A DNA stretch of 64,000 nucleotides from Octopus vulgaris. Lineage: Eukaryota. Under the pieces are notes generated by a model. It worked only from the letters and a program-made list of their open reading frames with translations, was not told the origin of the DNA and searched no databases. The stretch spans positions 39,680,001 to 39,744,000 of the forward strand of contig OX597831.1 in NCBI GenBank assembly GCA_951406725.2. The letters are read 5' to 3'. Positions 50,124 to 62,906 of the stretch are shown here, piece after piece; the stretch's first letter is position 1, and each line of letters opens with the position of its first letter. The position numbers and the translations under genes were made by a program.

Positions 50124-50799
50124 CTCTAGCTCACACATTTGCCTGGATAATTTTGTTTGTAAAACTGAATCAGAAATTATTATGGCAATCTAAAATAAAA
50201 AATATGAAGCTAATTGCATGATATCTCTGTGGAATGGTATTTGGTTTTTCTGCATGATGATTGTCTGACGCTTTGTAGTTGCTTGTCTGCCGTTGCTATG
50301 ACAAACAATCATTTAACAGAGAACTTGGTTATTCTAAATACCATCATCGTGTGCTATGATACTGGCAAAAGTTTGTTACAACATTTGTCTTTTTAGCTCT
50401 TGTTCAACCCTTTGCCATTTAGGCTGGTCGTTTCTGGCTAAAAAGTTCAACTTGTTTTATATCCAAACTGGCCATACCTGGCCTCTAACACCTGTACTAG
50501 AATGTCAGTCTAAAAATAAGCAACCGCATCATCAAAATCTCTGTCACAACATAATGCAGGATAAATTCAAAACAATCGGAATAAGTAAGTCTTGCGTTTG
50601 ACAGAGAAAGCCGAATGCTAAAGGCTCAAGGTATATAGCACTCTAAGTCTTTCAAGATGTGTGTGTTTATATATGTATATATGTGCTTGTGTGCAAACAC
50701 ACACAAACATGAGCATTGTTGTTTGCTTGGAGCAGATGTATGTGTATGAATTTGCTTACCCATCCTGGTACCAATGATCAGTTTTAAGTATTGAATGCA

Positions 50800-51245
50800 C
50801 AGGCATGATTGTGCAGTAAGACGCTTGCTTTCCAACCATATGGTTCCAAGTTCAGTCCTACTGTGTGGCACCTTGGGTAAGTGTCTTTTACTATAGTCTC
50901 GGGCCGACCAAAGTCTTCTGAGTGGATTTGGTTGATGGAAACTGTAAAAAGTGCATCATACACACACGCACACACACATACAAACACACACACACACACA
51001 CATATATGTATATATTTATGTGTGTATGTCTTTATGTATGTGCTTGTCCCTCACCATTGCTTGACAACTGGAGTTGATGTGTTTACATCCCTGTAACTTA
51101 GCGGTTCAGTGAAAGAAGCTGATAGAATAAGTAGTAGGCTAAAAATTAAGTCCTGGAGTCGATTTGTTTGATTAAAACCCTTTAAGATGCTGCCCCAGTA
51201 TGGCCTTAGTCAAATGACTGAAACAAGTAAAAGATAAAAGAAAGA
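50800..51245 (+). mobile_element. SINE family A, diverged variant
   Basis: head, core and tail recognisable. Confidence 0.85.
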
Positions 51246-51789
51246 TATACTTTACAGTATGATGGACTGGCAATGGGGAAGTGTAAAATGGTATATGTTT
51301 CCTGGTCTGCTTCATATTCTTATATAAACCACTTGCTCCATAAAGGGGCCGATGTAATTGACTTAATCACATTGTCCTTGTTTGTCCCTTCTATGTGTAG
51401 CCCCCTGTGGGCAATAAAGATATAAATAATTAATATACGAATGACAAATGAACAGGAGTTATGTAATCACTAAGGAAATGTTTACATGCCTGCTCTAATT
51501 ATGCATGCCACGCATTGTACCGTACAATTGTGCATTGACAGATCAGTGCAGATAAGGAAGGCTAGCTCATCAGATCATCAGTACATCTTGGTTACACCAA
51601 TGCTGCAGTTCTAGAGTTGAGCAGCATGCATATTGGGGAACATGTAGAATGATTTATTACACACTGAAATTGTTGTTACATGAGGAAGGCTGTGAAACAG
51701 CTGTAATCCTAAGAATAACATGTTAAATAATATATTCAACTCTTATATCTCCTGACCTTTTATGGTTTATATATATATATATATATATG

Positions 51790-52058
51790 TATTTCGTTTT
51801 TGGATTTGGTTTGCAAGATTCTTTATATGAGTTCGTGTGTTGAAACATATTCTGTTGTGCCTGGGGAGAGTCATTTTTTTTTTGTGCCTTATAATTTAAC
51901 ACACTTACCGGTAAAATTTCCACTTATTTCTTATTTTTATTTTCTTAAAATTTTTTCATTGCGTCTTGCAACCTTTTCAATAGTCAAGACTATTGAGTGT
52001 GAGTGTGTTAAATTATAAGGCACAAAAAAAGTGTCTCTCTCCAGACACAACAGAATAT
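51790..52058. mobile_element. foldback repeat (Penelope pseudo-LTR-like) with hammerhead-like motif on the minus strand
   Basis: arms 51847-51905 and 52002-52058; central palindrome TCAATAGTC-AA-GACTATTGA; the Penelope assignment is inference. Confidence 0.55.
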
Positions 52059-52065
52059 ATATAAA

Positions 52066-52118
<53 letters not shown>

Positions 52119-52237
52119 GTGTAAACTAGCATTGCAAGTAGAAGCTGGTACAGAAACAGTTGTAGTGAATCATTGAAGATGTGTTAAAGAATTTTCTTTG
52201 TCTTCTTTTTATTATTTGTGTGTGTGTGTGTGTTTTG

Positions 52238-52771
52238 TTGTGTCTAGGGAGTGTCATTATGCCAATATTATTAACACATGCACTGGTTCAGTTCCACTTC
52301 TTCATTATTAATAATAAAGGAGTGAAATTGAACCGGTGCATGTGTTAATAATATCGGCATGAATCATTCTCCCTAGGCACAAAAAAAATTTTGTTTCAAC
52401 ACACGGATTCACATAAAGAATCTTGCAAACTAAATACGTAAACAAAGTGTATACACACACACACATATACATACACACAACATACACACATAGGCATATA
52501 TACACAGGCACATATCCCTGTCTATCTGGTTCAGTTCGATTTCTTCATTATTAATAATAAAGGGGTGAAATTGAACCGGTGCATGTGTTAATAATATCGG
52601 CATGAATCACTCTCCCTAGGCACAAAAAAAATTTTGTTTCAACACACGGATTCACATAAAGAATCTTGCAAACTAAATACGTAAACAAAGTGTATACACA
52701 CACACACATATACATACACACAACATACACACATAGGCATATATACACAGGCACATATCTCTGCCTATCTG
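52238..52771. repeat. imperfect 145-bp palindrome overlapping a 243-bp tandem duplication
   Basis: centre at 52309/52310; units start at 52283 and 52526. Confidence 0.92.
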
Positions 52772-53019
52772 AGTTGCTATATTTGTTGTGCACATATGTA
52801 CACACGTCTGTCTGTCTGTCTTTAATGTATACGCATGCGTGCACCACCCCCCGTTCTTTCTCTTATTTCTGTATCTATCGACATAAGCGCCAACATTATC
52901 ATTGTTAGTATTATAGTTTTTATTGTTGTTTTTCATGTTACTTTCCATCGTAATAATCCTGCAAGACAAAATACTGTAAATTGATGCTATTCAAGAGAAA
53001 TGGTTTTCTATTACAGTTT

Positions 53020-53545
53020 TTCATCGTCATCGTCGTCATCGTTTCACCATCGTCGTCATCATCGTCACCATCATCTTCATCATTAGTTTTCTTTATTTAT
53101 TCAATTGTTTGTTTATTTATTTAATTTTCTCTCATCATAACCCGAGGTGACTTAAATCATTCTTTGATCATATTTTATTGATTTATTTATTTATTAACTT
53201 ATTTTTATTCATTTTTATCATCATCATCATCATCATCATTGTTAATAGCAATATTAACAAAGATAATTTATGTAATAATAATAATAAAATAATAATAATA
53301 ATACTATTATTAATGATTATACAGAATAACAATAGCAATTGATTAGTGTTAATAATAATAATAATAATAATGATTTCTAATATAATGATTTTCTAACATT
53401 GCTGGTGGTGGTGGTGGTAGTAGTAGTAGTAATAATAATAATAATAATAACAACAATAATAATAATAATAATAATGATTATGATAATAAATATGATAATG
53501 ATGAAAATAAATACAATAATAATAATAATGATGATGGTAATATTA
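53020..53545. repeat. (CAT)n/(AAT)n/(TTTA)n low-complexity tract
   Basis: direct reading. Confidence 0.9.
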
Positions 53546-53903
53546 ACATTGTTGATTCTTGCTTTATCTTCAGGAATTCTTTCCAACTTTGGCCTTTGAA
53601 CTGATTATTCTTTGTCTTTGAGTGGTTTCTTTTGTTTATCTTTGTTTTATCTCTTTTTCGAGGGGAGGGGGTGTTGTTTCGTTTTATTTATTCTCTTTAT
53701 TTTTTTTTTCAACATCTTTTTAAGTTTCTTTAATTTGTTTTTTTTTTTATTCATATTTCTTTTTTTTTTTGTTTTTCTTTCTCAAGAAAACTGTTTTTTA
53801 ATCTTTCTTTAGCTTGAAATATCTCTTTTTCTCCTTCACTTCTCACTTGAGATTTTATTGTGTGCGTGTGTGCACGTGTACATACATATATATCTGTGTG
53901 TGC

Positions 53904-53945
<42 letters not shown>

Positions 53946-54124
53946 ATATATATATACATACACACATATAAATATGTGCATGCACGTATGCATGTGTATA
54001 TATATATACATACACACATATAAATATGTGCATGCACGTATGCATGTATACACATACATATACATGGATAGATAAAGAGATAATAAATACATTGATTCAT
54101 CTAAATATGTGTGTGTAGATATAT

Positions 54125-54168
<44 letters not shown>

Positions 54169-54221
54169 TCATCGTTTAACATCCGCTTTCTATGCTAGCA
54201 TGGGTTATATATATATACATA

Positions 54222-54262
<41 letters not shown>

Positions 54263-54379
54263 TATGTATGTGTGCATATGTAAGACAATCTGTTTCTTCT
54301 CATAAGATTTCTCTCTTCCGCTTATCTGCTGCCCTCACTCACTTCGTGTTTATCTTTGTGTGTGTGTGTATTATTTATG

Positions 54380-54418
<39 letters not shown>

Positions 54419-55183
54419 ATATATATATAATATACACACAAACACACTTGTGCACACTCCCAACAATACCTTGCCTTCCGCCTGGTATATTTTCTTTCAT
54501 TTTATTAAGCACACACACACTAACACACACACTAACACACACACACACACACACACCACATGCTAGGATGAAGGAAAGAAAGAGAGAAGGATAGCGGTCC
54601 TATGATGATGATGACGATCATATATGATTTCATATTCACAGTCATAGGCGCTTCCATCTCTCCCCCACTCCCAACGTGCCCCCCACCCCCACGGCTAGTT
54701 TTCTGAAACTAAATATGCATTTAAAATAAATAAATAAATAAAAAATATATTAACTAAAAATAAAATAATTAAAACAACAACAAAAAAAAAGCAACAAAAA
54801 ACAACGGCAACATAGAAATTATAAATTGATTCGTCAATCATAAAAATAGTGATAATATTTATTGTACATCGAGGGTGGGGGGTGGGTTATTGATTAAAGT
54901 AAAATGACTGAAGTGGTATGCTTACACGGCCATACTTGCCTCTCAGATTATGTTTCTGAAATTAAATACAAAATTCTCTTTCTTTGTCTTTTCTTTTCTC
55001 TCTCTCTCTCTCTCTCTCTTTTTGTTTTATCATTTAAAAATTTTTTTGTTTGTTTTAAAGATTTCTTTGTTATTATTTGCTAAGTTCTCATTTTGGATTT
55101 GAATGCAGTTGTTTTGTATGTTTGTTTGTTTGTGGTCTGTTGAGTGTATGTATTGCTTTTTGTGCATTTTTTTTTTGGTTTTG

Positions 55184-55281
55184 CCTACAAGCATTTACAT
55201 GTCTTTCTGAATTGGTCTCTCACACCTACCCTACAAGCATTTACATGTCTTTCTGAATTGGTCTCTCACACCTACCCTACA
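55184..55281. repeat. perfect 46-bp tandem duplication bounded by CCTACA microhomology
   Basis: CCTACAAGCATTTACATGTCTTTCTGAATTGGTCTCTCACACCTAC twice, then CCTACA. Confidence 0.95.
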
Positions 55282-55299
55282 TCATACTAAAAAAATTAA

Positions 55300-55468
55300 C
55301 ACAGGAGTGGCTGTGTGGTAAGAAGCTTGCTTTCCAACCACATGGTTCCGGGTTCGGTCCCACTTTGTGGCACCTTAGGCAAGTTTCTTCTACCATAGCC
55401 TCAGACCGACCAAAGCCCTGTAACTGGATTTGGTAGACGGAAACTGAAAGGAGCCTGTCGTGTGTGTA

Positions 55469-55499
<31 letters not shown>

Positions 55500-55932
55500 G
55501 CTGGCAGAATCGTTAGCACGCCGGGCGAAATGCTTAGCGGTATTACGCCTGTCGTTACGTTGTGAGTTCAAATTCCGCCGAGGTCGACTTTGCCTTTCAT
55601 CCTTTCGGGGTCGATAAATAAAGTACCAATTTCGCACTGGGGTCGATGTAATCGACTTAATCCCTTTGTCTGTCCTTGTTTGTCCCCTCTATGTTTAGCC
55701 CCTTGTGGGTAGTAAAGAAATATATATATATGTGTGTGTGTGTGTGTGTTTGTCCTCCCATCACTTGACAACCGGTGTTGGTGTGTTTACGTTCCTGTGA
55801 CTTAGAAGTTTGGCAAAAGAGACCGATAGAATAAGTACTAGGTTTACAAAGAATAAGTCCTGGGGTTTCATTTGTTCAACTAAAAGCAGTGCTGCAGCAT
55901 GGCCACACTCAAATGACTGAAACGAATAAAAG
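55300..55932 (+). mobile_element. SINE family A interrupted by a family B SINE
   Basis: B copy sits within the (TA)n tract of A. Confidence 0.88.
55499..55722 (+). mobile_element. Nin/Deu-domain SINE (family B)
   Basis: close match to 27783-28016. Confidence 0.9.
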
Positions 55933-56068
55933 AATCTACTTTTCTCTCTCTTTCTCGTTAGCAGTAGAATTGTTAGCATTCCAGGCAAAATGCTAAGTGA
56001 CATTTCATCCATCCTTAGATTCTCAGTTCAAATTCCACCAAGGTCGACTTTGCTTTTTATCCTTTCAG

Positions 56069-56544
56069 TGGAGTCAGAGTCAAAGTTGGAAACCACTAAG
56101 GGGTGGTTGGAGTCACAGATGGTAAAACTACAATGACTCTGATTCCAACTCACAATATCTTTATTCTTTAATATAAACCAGTTATAACATATATATTTCT
56201 TTATTGCCCACAGGGGACTAAACACAAAGGGGACAAACAAAGGGATTAAGTCAATTAGAGCGTAACTAGTACTTATTTAATCGACCCCGAAAGGATGAAA
56301 GGCCAAGTTGACCGTGTCAGAATTTGAACTTCGAACGTAACGGCAGACGAAATACCACTGAGCATTTCACCCGGCGTGCTAATGATTCTGCCAGCTTGCC
56401 GCCTTCAAAGTACAAGCGTGTGCATGTACTTTAAGAGATATGTAGACCACAATCACTTACTTACATAAAGAGGAGTCAGCTGGAGTCAGAGGTACCAGCA
56501 GTCAGAGTCGGAGTCAAAGTTTTTTGTTTTGATCGACATCCTTG
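56069..56544. mobile_element. GGAGTC-repeat MITE (hAT-like) in a B SINE, itself containing a B SINE (56195-56405, minus)
   Basis: GGAGTC(A/G)GAGTC motifs near both ends; CTTTCAG on both flanks; host SINE resumes at 56545. Confidence 0.6.
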
Positions 56545-57323
56545 CTTTCAGGGTCAATAAATTAAGTACCCGCTGAGCACTGGGGTCGATGAAATCAGCT
56601 TCGAAATTGCTGACTTTTTGTTAGAATTTTGGTGTTATTATTATAATTATTATAAAGGTAGTGAGCTGGCAGACTCGTTAGCAAGCTGGACAAAATGCCT
56701 AGTGGTATTCTGAGTTCAAATTCCATTGAGGTTGATGTTGCCTTCATCCTCTCGGGGTCGATAAATTAAGTACCAGTTAAACAATGGGGTCGATGCAATC
56801 GACTACCCCCCACCCCCGCAAATTTGCTGGCCCTGTGGAAAAATTTGAAACCATCTTCTATAATAATACTCTTGTGGTTTTCTCTGTCATAACATATGAC
56901 TGAGAAAGGAAAGGGTGAGAGATGAATAAGGAAGGAAGGAGTGATGGCAAACTGGTAGTGGGAGTGTTTTAACTCTGTGTGGGTATATGTGTGTGTATGT
57001 AAAAGGGAGGTATGTGAGTTTTTGTGTGTGTGTGTGTGTGTATGTAATGGAAGTGGGATGGTGAGCATTCACTGCTGAAAAGAAAAATCTAACAGCGTTT
57101 CAACTCCGAATGTGTGTTTATGTGCATGTACAAGGGGAGTATGTGAATGTTTGTATGCGTGAACCAACGTTTTTTCATTATTAAATGATGACTGATGTCA
57201 CATCTCAAATGACAACCACTTGATAACATTGACAAGTGTCATATTTATATATAAAATCTATTATTAACCGTCATTTTTGATGGCATGGGGCTAGCTAGTA
57301 ATAATAATTATTAAGTCATTATA

Positions 57324-57800
57324 CATCATCATCGTTTAATGTCCATTTTCCATGCTGGCATGGGTTCGATGATTTGACTGTGGACTGGCAAGTCAGAAGA
57401 CTGCACCAGGCTCCAGTCTGATTTGGCAAGGTTTCTACAGCTGGATGCCCTTCCAAACACCAATCACTCCAAGAGTGTAGCAGGTACTTTTTATGTGCCA
57501 CCGGCACTGGAGCCAATCAAACGGTACTGGCATTGACCACGTTTGGATGGTGCTTTTTATGTGCCACTGGCATGGGAGCCAATAAGGGGGCACTGGCAAC
57601 GATCACATTTGGATGGTGCTTTTTACATGCCTCTGACATGGGAGCCAGTCAAAGGGTACTGGCATCGACCATGTTTGGATGGTGCTCTTTACGTGCCACC
57701 AGCTCAGGACCAGTCAGCTAGCACTGGCACTGACCATGCCCAAATGGTGCTTTTTATGTACCACTGGAACGGGAGCCTGTCAGGTGGCACTGGCATCGAC
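57324..57800 (-). mobile_element. RTE LINE 3'UTR copy (family C) with about 5 units of 66 bp
   Basis: units start near 57487, 57553, 57619, 57685 and 57750. Confidence 0.88.
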
Positions 57801-58934
57801 ATATATCTATGTATGTGTGTGTTTGTTTACAACCAGTGTCATTCATTTCTAATAATTCTGTGGGAACATGTCTGATAGTGGGGGTTGTGGGGATATTACC
57901 TTACTTGGAAACAAGTGTGGGTTGGCAACAGGAAGGGTATCCTGCCGTAGAAAAACTGCTTCAAATAAACCTTGCCTGACCCATGCAAACGTGGGAAAGT
58001 GAACATTAAATGATGATGATTATTTTTTGAAATAGTGTTTAGCTGGTTGAATGTGTAATTTGGCAGTCCCTTTAGAGAATATGTATATTGAAATATTCAT
58101 TTCAATGGTTTGTGTGTATGTGTGTTAAAAGTATGTTTGCTTGCAGACTGGACTGGGCTGTTTCAGATTGAAAGAACGTCAAACCGAACATGACAAGTTT
58201 GCGAGATATTTCAAGAAAATAGGATCTGTCAGTTAGATACAGTTAAACCTATGAAGAAGCAGAGAGAAACATTTGAGAGACAGAAAGGTAACCAGACAAA
58301 CGGAAGAGGGAGAGACAAGAGAACGGTTATATTCATAAAACATGTCTAAACAAGAAATTTGACAATTTTTAGAATTAGATAAACTCTTTTAATACCAACC
58401 CACCTGAAACCACCTGTGGTTCGAGAACATTAGCTTCTTGTTTTAAAGTGAACTGCATTAAAACCTCCTATGAAAATTTCGTGTCAGTTTCCCTGACAAC
58501 AGCTTAATGATGAAGATATTTAATAGAGGCTTCCTTGTTTTAAAAATTTATTGAAACAACGGGATTGTATTTCAGTCGGAATATGCTAATCCTATTAGGG
58601 TTTTCGATAATGTGAAGCAGTAGTGAAGTACTGGTGTTGATGTAATTAACTTGTCCTCCTCCCCTCACGTTGCTTGTCTTAACATGCCAGACAAAATGCT
58701 TAGCAGCGTTTATTTTGACTTCATGTTCTATGCTCAGATGCTGTGCAGAACATAAAGCGCTTTGTCCAGCATGCTTATGATTCCGTCTCCCTACCACCGT
58801 AATAACAACAACAATTTCTACAATAAGCACAAGGACTGAAATGGTGGGAGGCAAGGGCTAGTCTACCACATCAACCACAATACTTAACTGGAATTTATTT
58901 TATCAGTATCAAAAGGATGTGATAGTTTAGTTTT

Positions 58935-59370
58935 ACAAGGTTGAGGAAAACGATCATGTTCCATGTTAAAATAATGATTTTTTTTATGCAAGAATTTATT
59001 CAAAAACAACAACTATTCTTCAAAATAAAGACCATTTTCCACGACCTTCTTCCAATGATCTGCAAGCTTTCGAATGACTCGGACTCAAATCGGCAACCTT
59101 TCATAAAGTGCTGCATTGATCGAAAGAGACCTTAGTCAGATGGAGCAACATCTGGACTATAGGCTTGATACAACAGAACTTCTACACTGTCCAATTTTTC
59201 AATCTTGTCGCTGGTCTTTTTGGTGGTGTGTGGCTTTGCATTGTCTTGCTGAAACAAAACAGGTTTTCGACGAACAAGTCTTGGGTACTTTTCAACCAGC
59301 GCATCGTAGACTTGATCAAGTTGCTCACAGTAAAGTTCAGCGTTGATGGTGCAACCATTCGGCACACAAA
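58935..59370 (-). pseudogene. mariner transposase C-terminal remnant
   Basis: TINAELYCEQL..VLFQQDNAKPH..YSPDVAPSD*GLFRSMQHF and KLADHWKKVVENGLYFEE*. Confidence 0.88.
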
Positions 59371-59499
59371 CTTTTTCCTCAACCTAATATAATGACCCTA
59401 TAGGGTAAGTGTGAAAGGCCTGATCTGGTTTGTTTGAATATAGAAGAGGCAGAATATTTGGACTGGATATAGCCAGTTTAGATGCTAAATGGTTAAACA

Positions 59500-59945
59500 C
59501 CAAATGATAGTCTCTAATACCAGGCACTGTTGTTCTTCAGCAAGTCAATACATCTAGTATTGAAATGCTCCTTGTATTCAGTGAGATGTATTGGGCTGAG
59601 CATCCTTCTAGGATGCAGCATGACAGGTTCCTTAAACATCTGTTTTATGGGGAGATGCAACATGGGTGAACAACCATAATACAAACAAACATAAGAAACA
59701 TTTTAGGGATGCCATCAAAAGCAACCTGAAGACTGTTAGTGTGAATGTTGAAGACTTGGGGGGAACAGATGAGGGAAAATTGAATGCTCTAGAAAAAAAA
59801 TCTACGGTGGTTGTTAAGTGTTTGAAACACAGAATTGAATAATCCATCATTAAAAGAGCACTTAAAAAACAGACACGCTGAACATGTTGGTAACATTTGC
59901 AGTAAGGTCTGTTTGTCCAAAGTTGGATTTCTTAGTCATGAGATC
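59500..59945 (+). mobile_element. RTE (BovB-like) LINE 3' coding remnant
   Basis: SSIEMLL..WAEHPSRMQHDRFLKHLFYGE..HFRDAIKSNLK; terminal zinc-finger-like NICSKVCLSKVGFLSH. Confidence 0.75.
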
Positions 59946-60109
59946 TCGTTAAGGTATTTGCCAATTGAAGAGATGGCCTTCTGTGAAGATCCGGCAACCA
60001 CCATAACTCTGTCGAAAGTTTATAAAATACTTATGATGTCAGCAACATTCAATTCTTGCTGATAAGAATGAAGCTCCTAAAATGAATAGAAAAAGAAATG
60101 CATAGGATT

Positions 60110-60178
60110 GCTTTTGTCCAAAGGTAGAATGCTTATGTCCACAGGGGATGTGGGTTCAAATCCAACTGGCAGCTTTTT
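60110..60178 (+). pseudogene. degenerate tRNA-like sequence or isolated SINE head
   Basis: A-box-like TGTCCAAAGGTAGAAT, B box GGTTCAAATCC, followed by TTTTT; too short for a full cloverleaf. Confidence 0.35.
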
Positions 60179-60588
60179 CTGACTACTAGGATTGATCAAC
60201 CCAATATTTACATGCTGTTCTGTTTAAAGCTGTAGGTAATGTGCTTTGAGAACCATTATTCTGAAAAATGAATTATTTCCCGTTGTCTTGAAATTTTATA
60301 AAATTCTTATGACATTAACATATAGTGGTGTGTATGTATGTGTGTACATATATGCATGTGTGTGTGTGTGTATACTGGGTGTTGTGACTAGACTCTTATG
60401 AAACCTATATATAACCAATGTAGTTTTCTGTAGCATGTGCAACATACACAAAGACACACACACACACGTGTGTGTGTATGATAGTTGTATGTTTTGGTTA
60501 TCAGATATAGAACTACTAGAAAATTTCCTTGTTCCCACTATCATGATACAGACAGTATATATATATATATACATACATATATATATAC

Positions 60589-60622
<34 letters not shown>

Positions 60623-61149
60623 TCATGTATACTATACTTACAGGCCTGCATACATATGTACACGTATGCACACACACTTAGGTTATTTATTCATTGTGTG
60701 TGTGCATGCGCATATACATACACAAATACAGACACATGCATTGCTTGGTGTCAGGTGTGCATGTTTGCAACAGGTTTGAATATGTGCTAAAGAGTTGATT
60801 GCTATGTCTATCAAACCAAGATAGTTGTATGTAACACATGCTCTCTCCCTCTCTCTCACATACATGAAAACACATACACACATATACGCACACACACATG
60901 CACACACACACACACACTCTCTCTCTCTCCCTTCTCTGTGCTGTGTCTCCCACCTTTACGTCCCTTTATTTTTTCCTTCTGTTACCTGAATGAATGACTG
61001 TAGTCTTCAAAGGGCAAGGTATAGATGTGCGATAGCAGTTGCAGATTAATAGCAGAGCTGCATGAGGCCATTGAGATGTATTGATTTGATATTGTGGTGA
61101 CTACACACAAACTCCGGCACCTACATCAAAACACACTTAGACATATGTC

Positions 61150-61195
<46 letters not shown>

Positions 61196-62284
61196 CTTGC
61201 TTGTATATTGGCATGGTTGATATACACTTCCATCTCAAGTGTGTGTTAAGCATTTCTCTATTTTCTTCAGACGAATAAAATTGAATGCATCCATATACAT
61301 AGGTGTACATATACAGAAAAACAGGCAGGTGTATATGTGTATATATGTGTGTGTGTGTGTTCATGTGTGTGTATTCTTATTTGCATCTCATGATACACAT
61401 GCACATATGTATACCTTCGTGTGTGTGTTTGTTTATATATACATATATATCAAATTTTATTCGTGTGTAATGTGCAGTATTTAATATGGAACATCAGGCT
61501 CAAAGCTAGAATGTCGACGTTATATATTTGAATGTAAAAATGACAAAAAAAAAAAAAGGATAAATATATTGTAGTTTAAAAAATTTTTCAGTTAGGCTTA
61601 TATTTCGAATTGCTATGTTCTTTGAGTAAAGACAGAATATATTTGTGTGTGTGTATATGTATATACATGTATGTGTTTTAAGGTTAGAGTTGTAAACAAC
61701 AGTATATGCTTACTGATGATGGAACTCGAATACTTTTAGCTCAATTAGGTTTATAGCACATATTTGGTTAACCGCCACTTCAAGTGTTGCTTCTGGGTGA
61801 ATAACCTTCAAGAAGCAGCACTTGACGTCTTAGTCAACTGGTTGATTCCAGGACATTTTAGCTTCATTTATCTGTGAAGCATATTGAGTTTTTTTAACTT
61901 AGTATATCTATAAAGGGATCTTTCCCCAGATGATTGCTGCAGCTTCTCTCTCTTCTCTGATGTACGTACCTTTGACATAGTTATGTCTCACACATACACA
62001 AACGTATACACATATATATATACATATTTAAAACGTGATTGATCAGACTATGAGATATTCTTATACATCGCTGGTCCCAATGTGCTTCACTGTGCATTGT
62101 TTTAGCTTTTGAATGATGCCATCCCATTGGCTAAACAAGCGGGTCAACATTCCCCCTGATTGAAAGGCTAGTCCATTGCAGGGTTATCTTCTTTTCTGAT
62201 AAAATAAGGGAGGTGAGAGAGTAGACGTTTATTCCATTTGTTCACAATTGTTTCATTATATTGTTAGTTATATTGTGGATATTA

Positions 62285-62423
62285 CAATGGGGTGCTGAAA
62301 AGTTCCTGGCTTAAGGGTATTGAGAAAGGCCCGGTTGGAGATCTGACCTTCGAAGTTATTTTACAGGGCTTACGAAGACTGGTGGACCGCTGCAATAAAT
62401 GTGTGAAGCTGAGAGGGGAATAG
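62285..62423 (+). mobile_element. non-autonomous mariner derivative fragment
   Basis: TIR-like GGGGTGCTGAAAAGTTCC and C-terminal LQGLRRLVDRCNKCVKLRGE. Confidence 0.65.
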
Positions 62424-62491
62424 TAGTATTGTATTTGTTTTTATCATTATTTATTAGTAGTATTGTATTTGTTCTTTTCATTATTTATTAG

Positions 62492-62658
62492 TAGGCGCAG
62501 GAGTGGCTGTGTGGTAAGTAGCTTGTTTACCAACCACATGGTTCCGGGTTCAGTCCCACTGCGTGGCACCTTGGGCAAGTGTCTTCTACTATAGCCTCAG
62601 GCCTACCAAAGCCTTGTGAGTGGATTTGGTAGATGGAAACTGAAAGAAGCCCGTCGAA

Positions 62659-62696
<38 letters not shown>

Positions 62697-62906
62697 TGTG
62701 TGTGTTTGTGTGTCTGTGTTTGTCCCCTTAGCATTGTTTGACAACTGATGCTGGTGTGTTTATGTCCCCGTTACTTAGCAGTTCGGCAAATGAGACCGAT
62801 AGAATAAGTACTGGGCTTACAAAAGAATAAGTCCCGGGGTTGTGTTGCTCGATTAAAGGCGGTGCTCCAGCATGGCCGCAGTCAAATGACTGAAACAAGT
62901 AAAAGT
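62492..62906 (+). mobile_element. SINE family A, full length
   Basis: close match to the other full-length copies. Confidence 0.92.
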
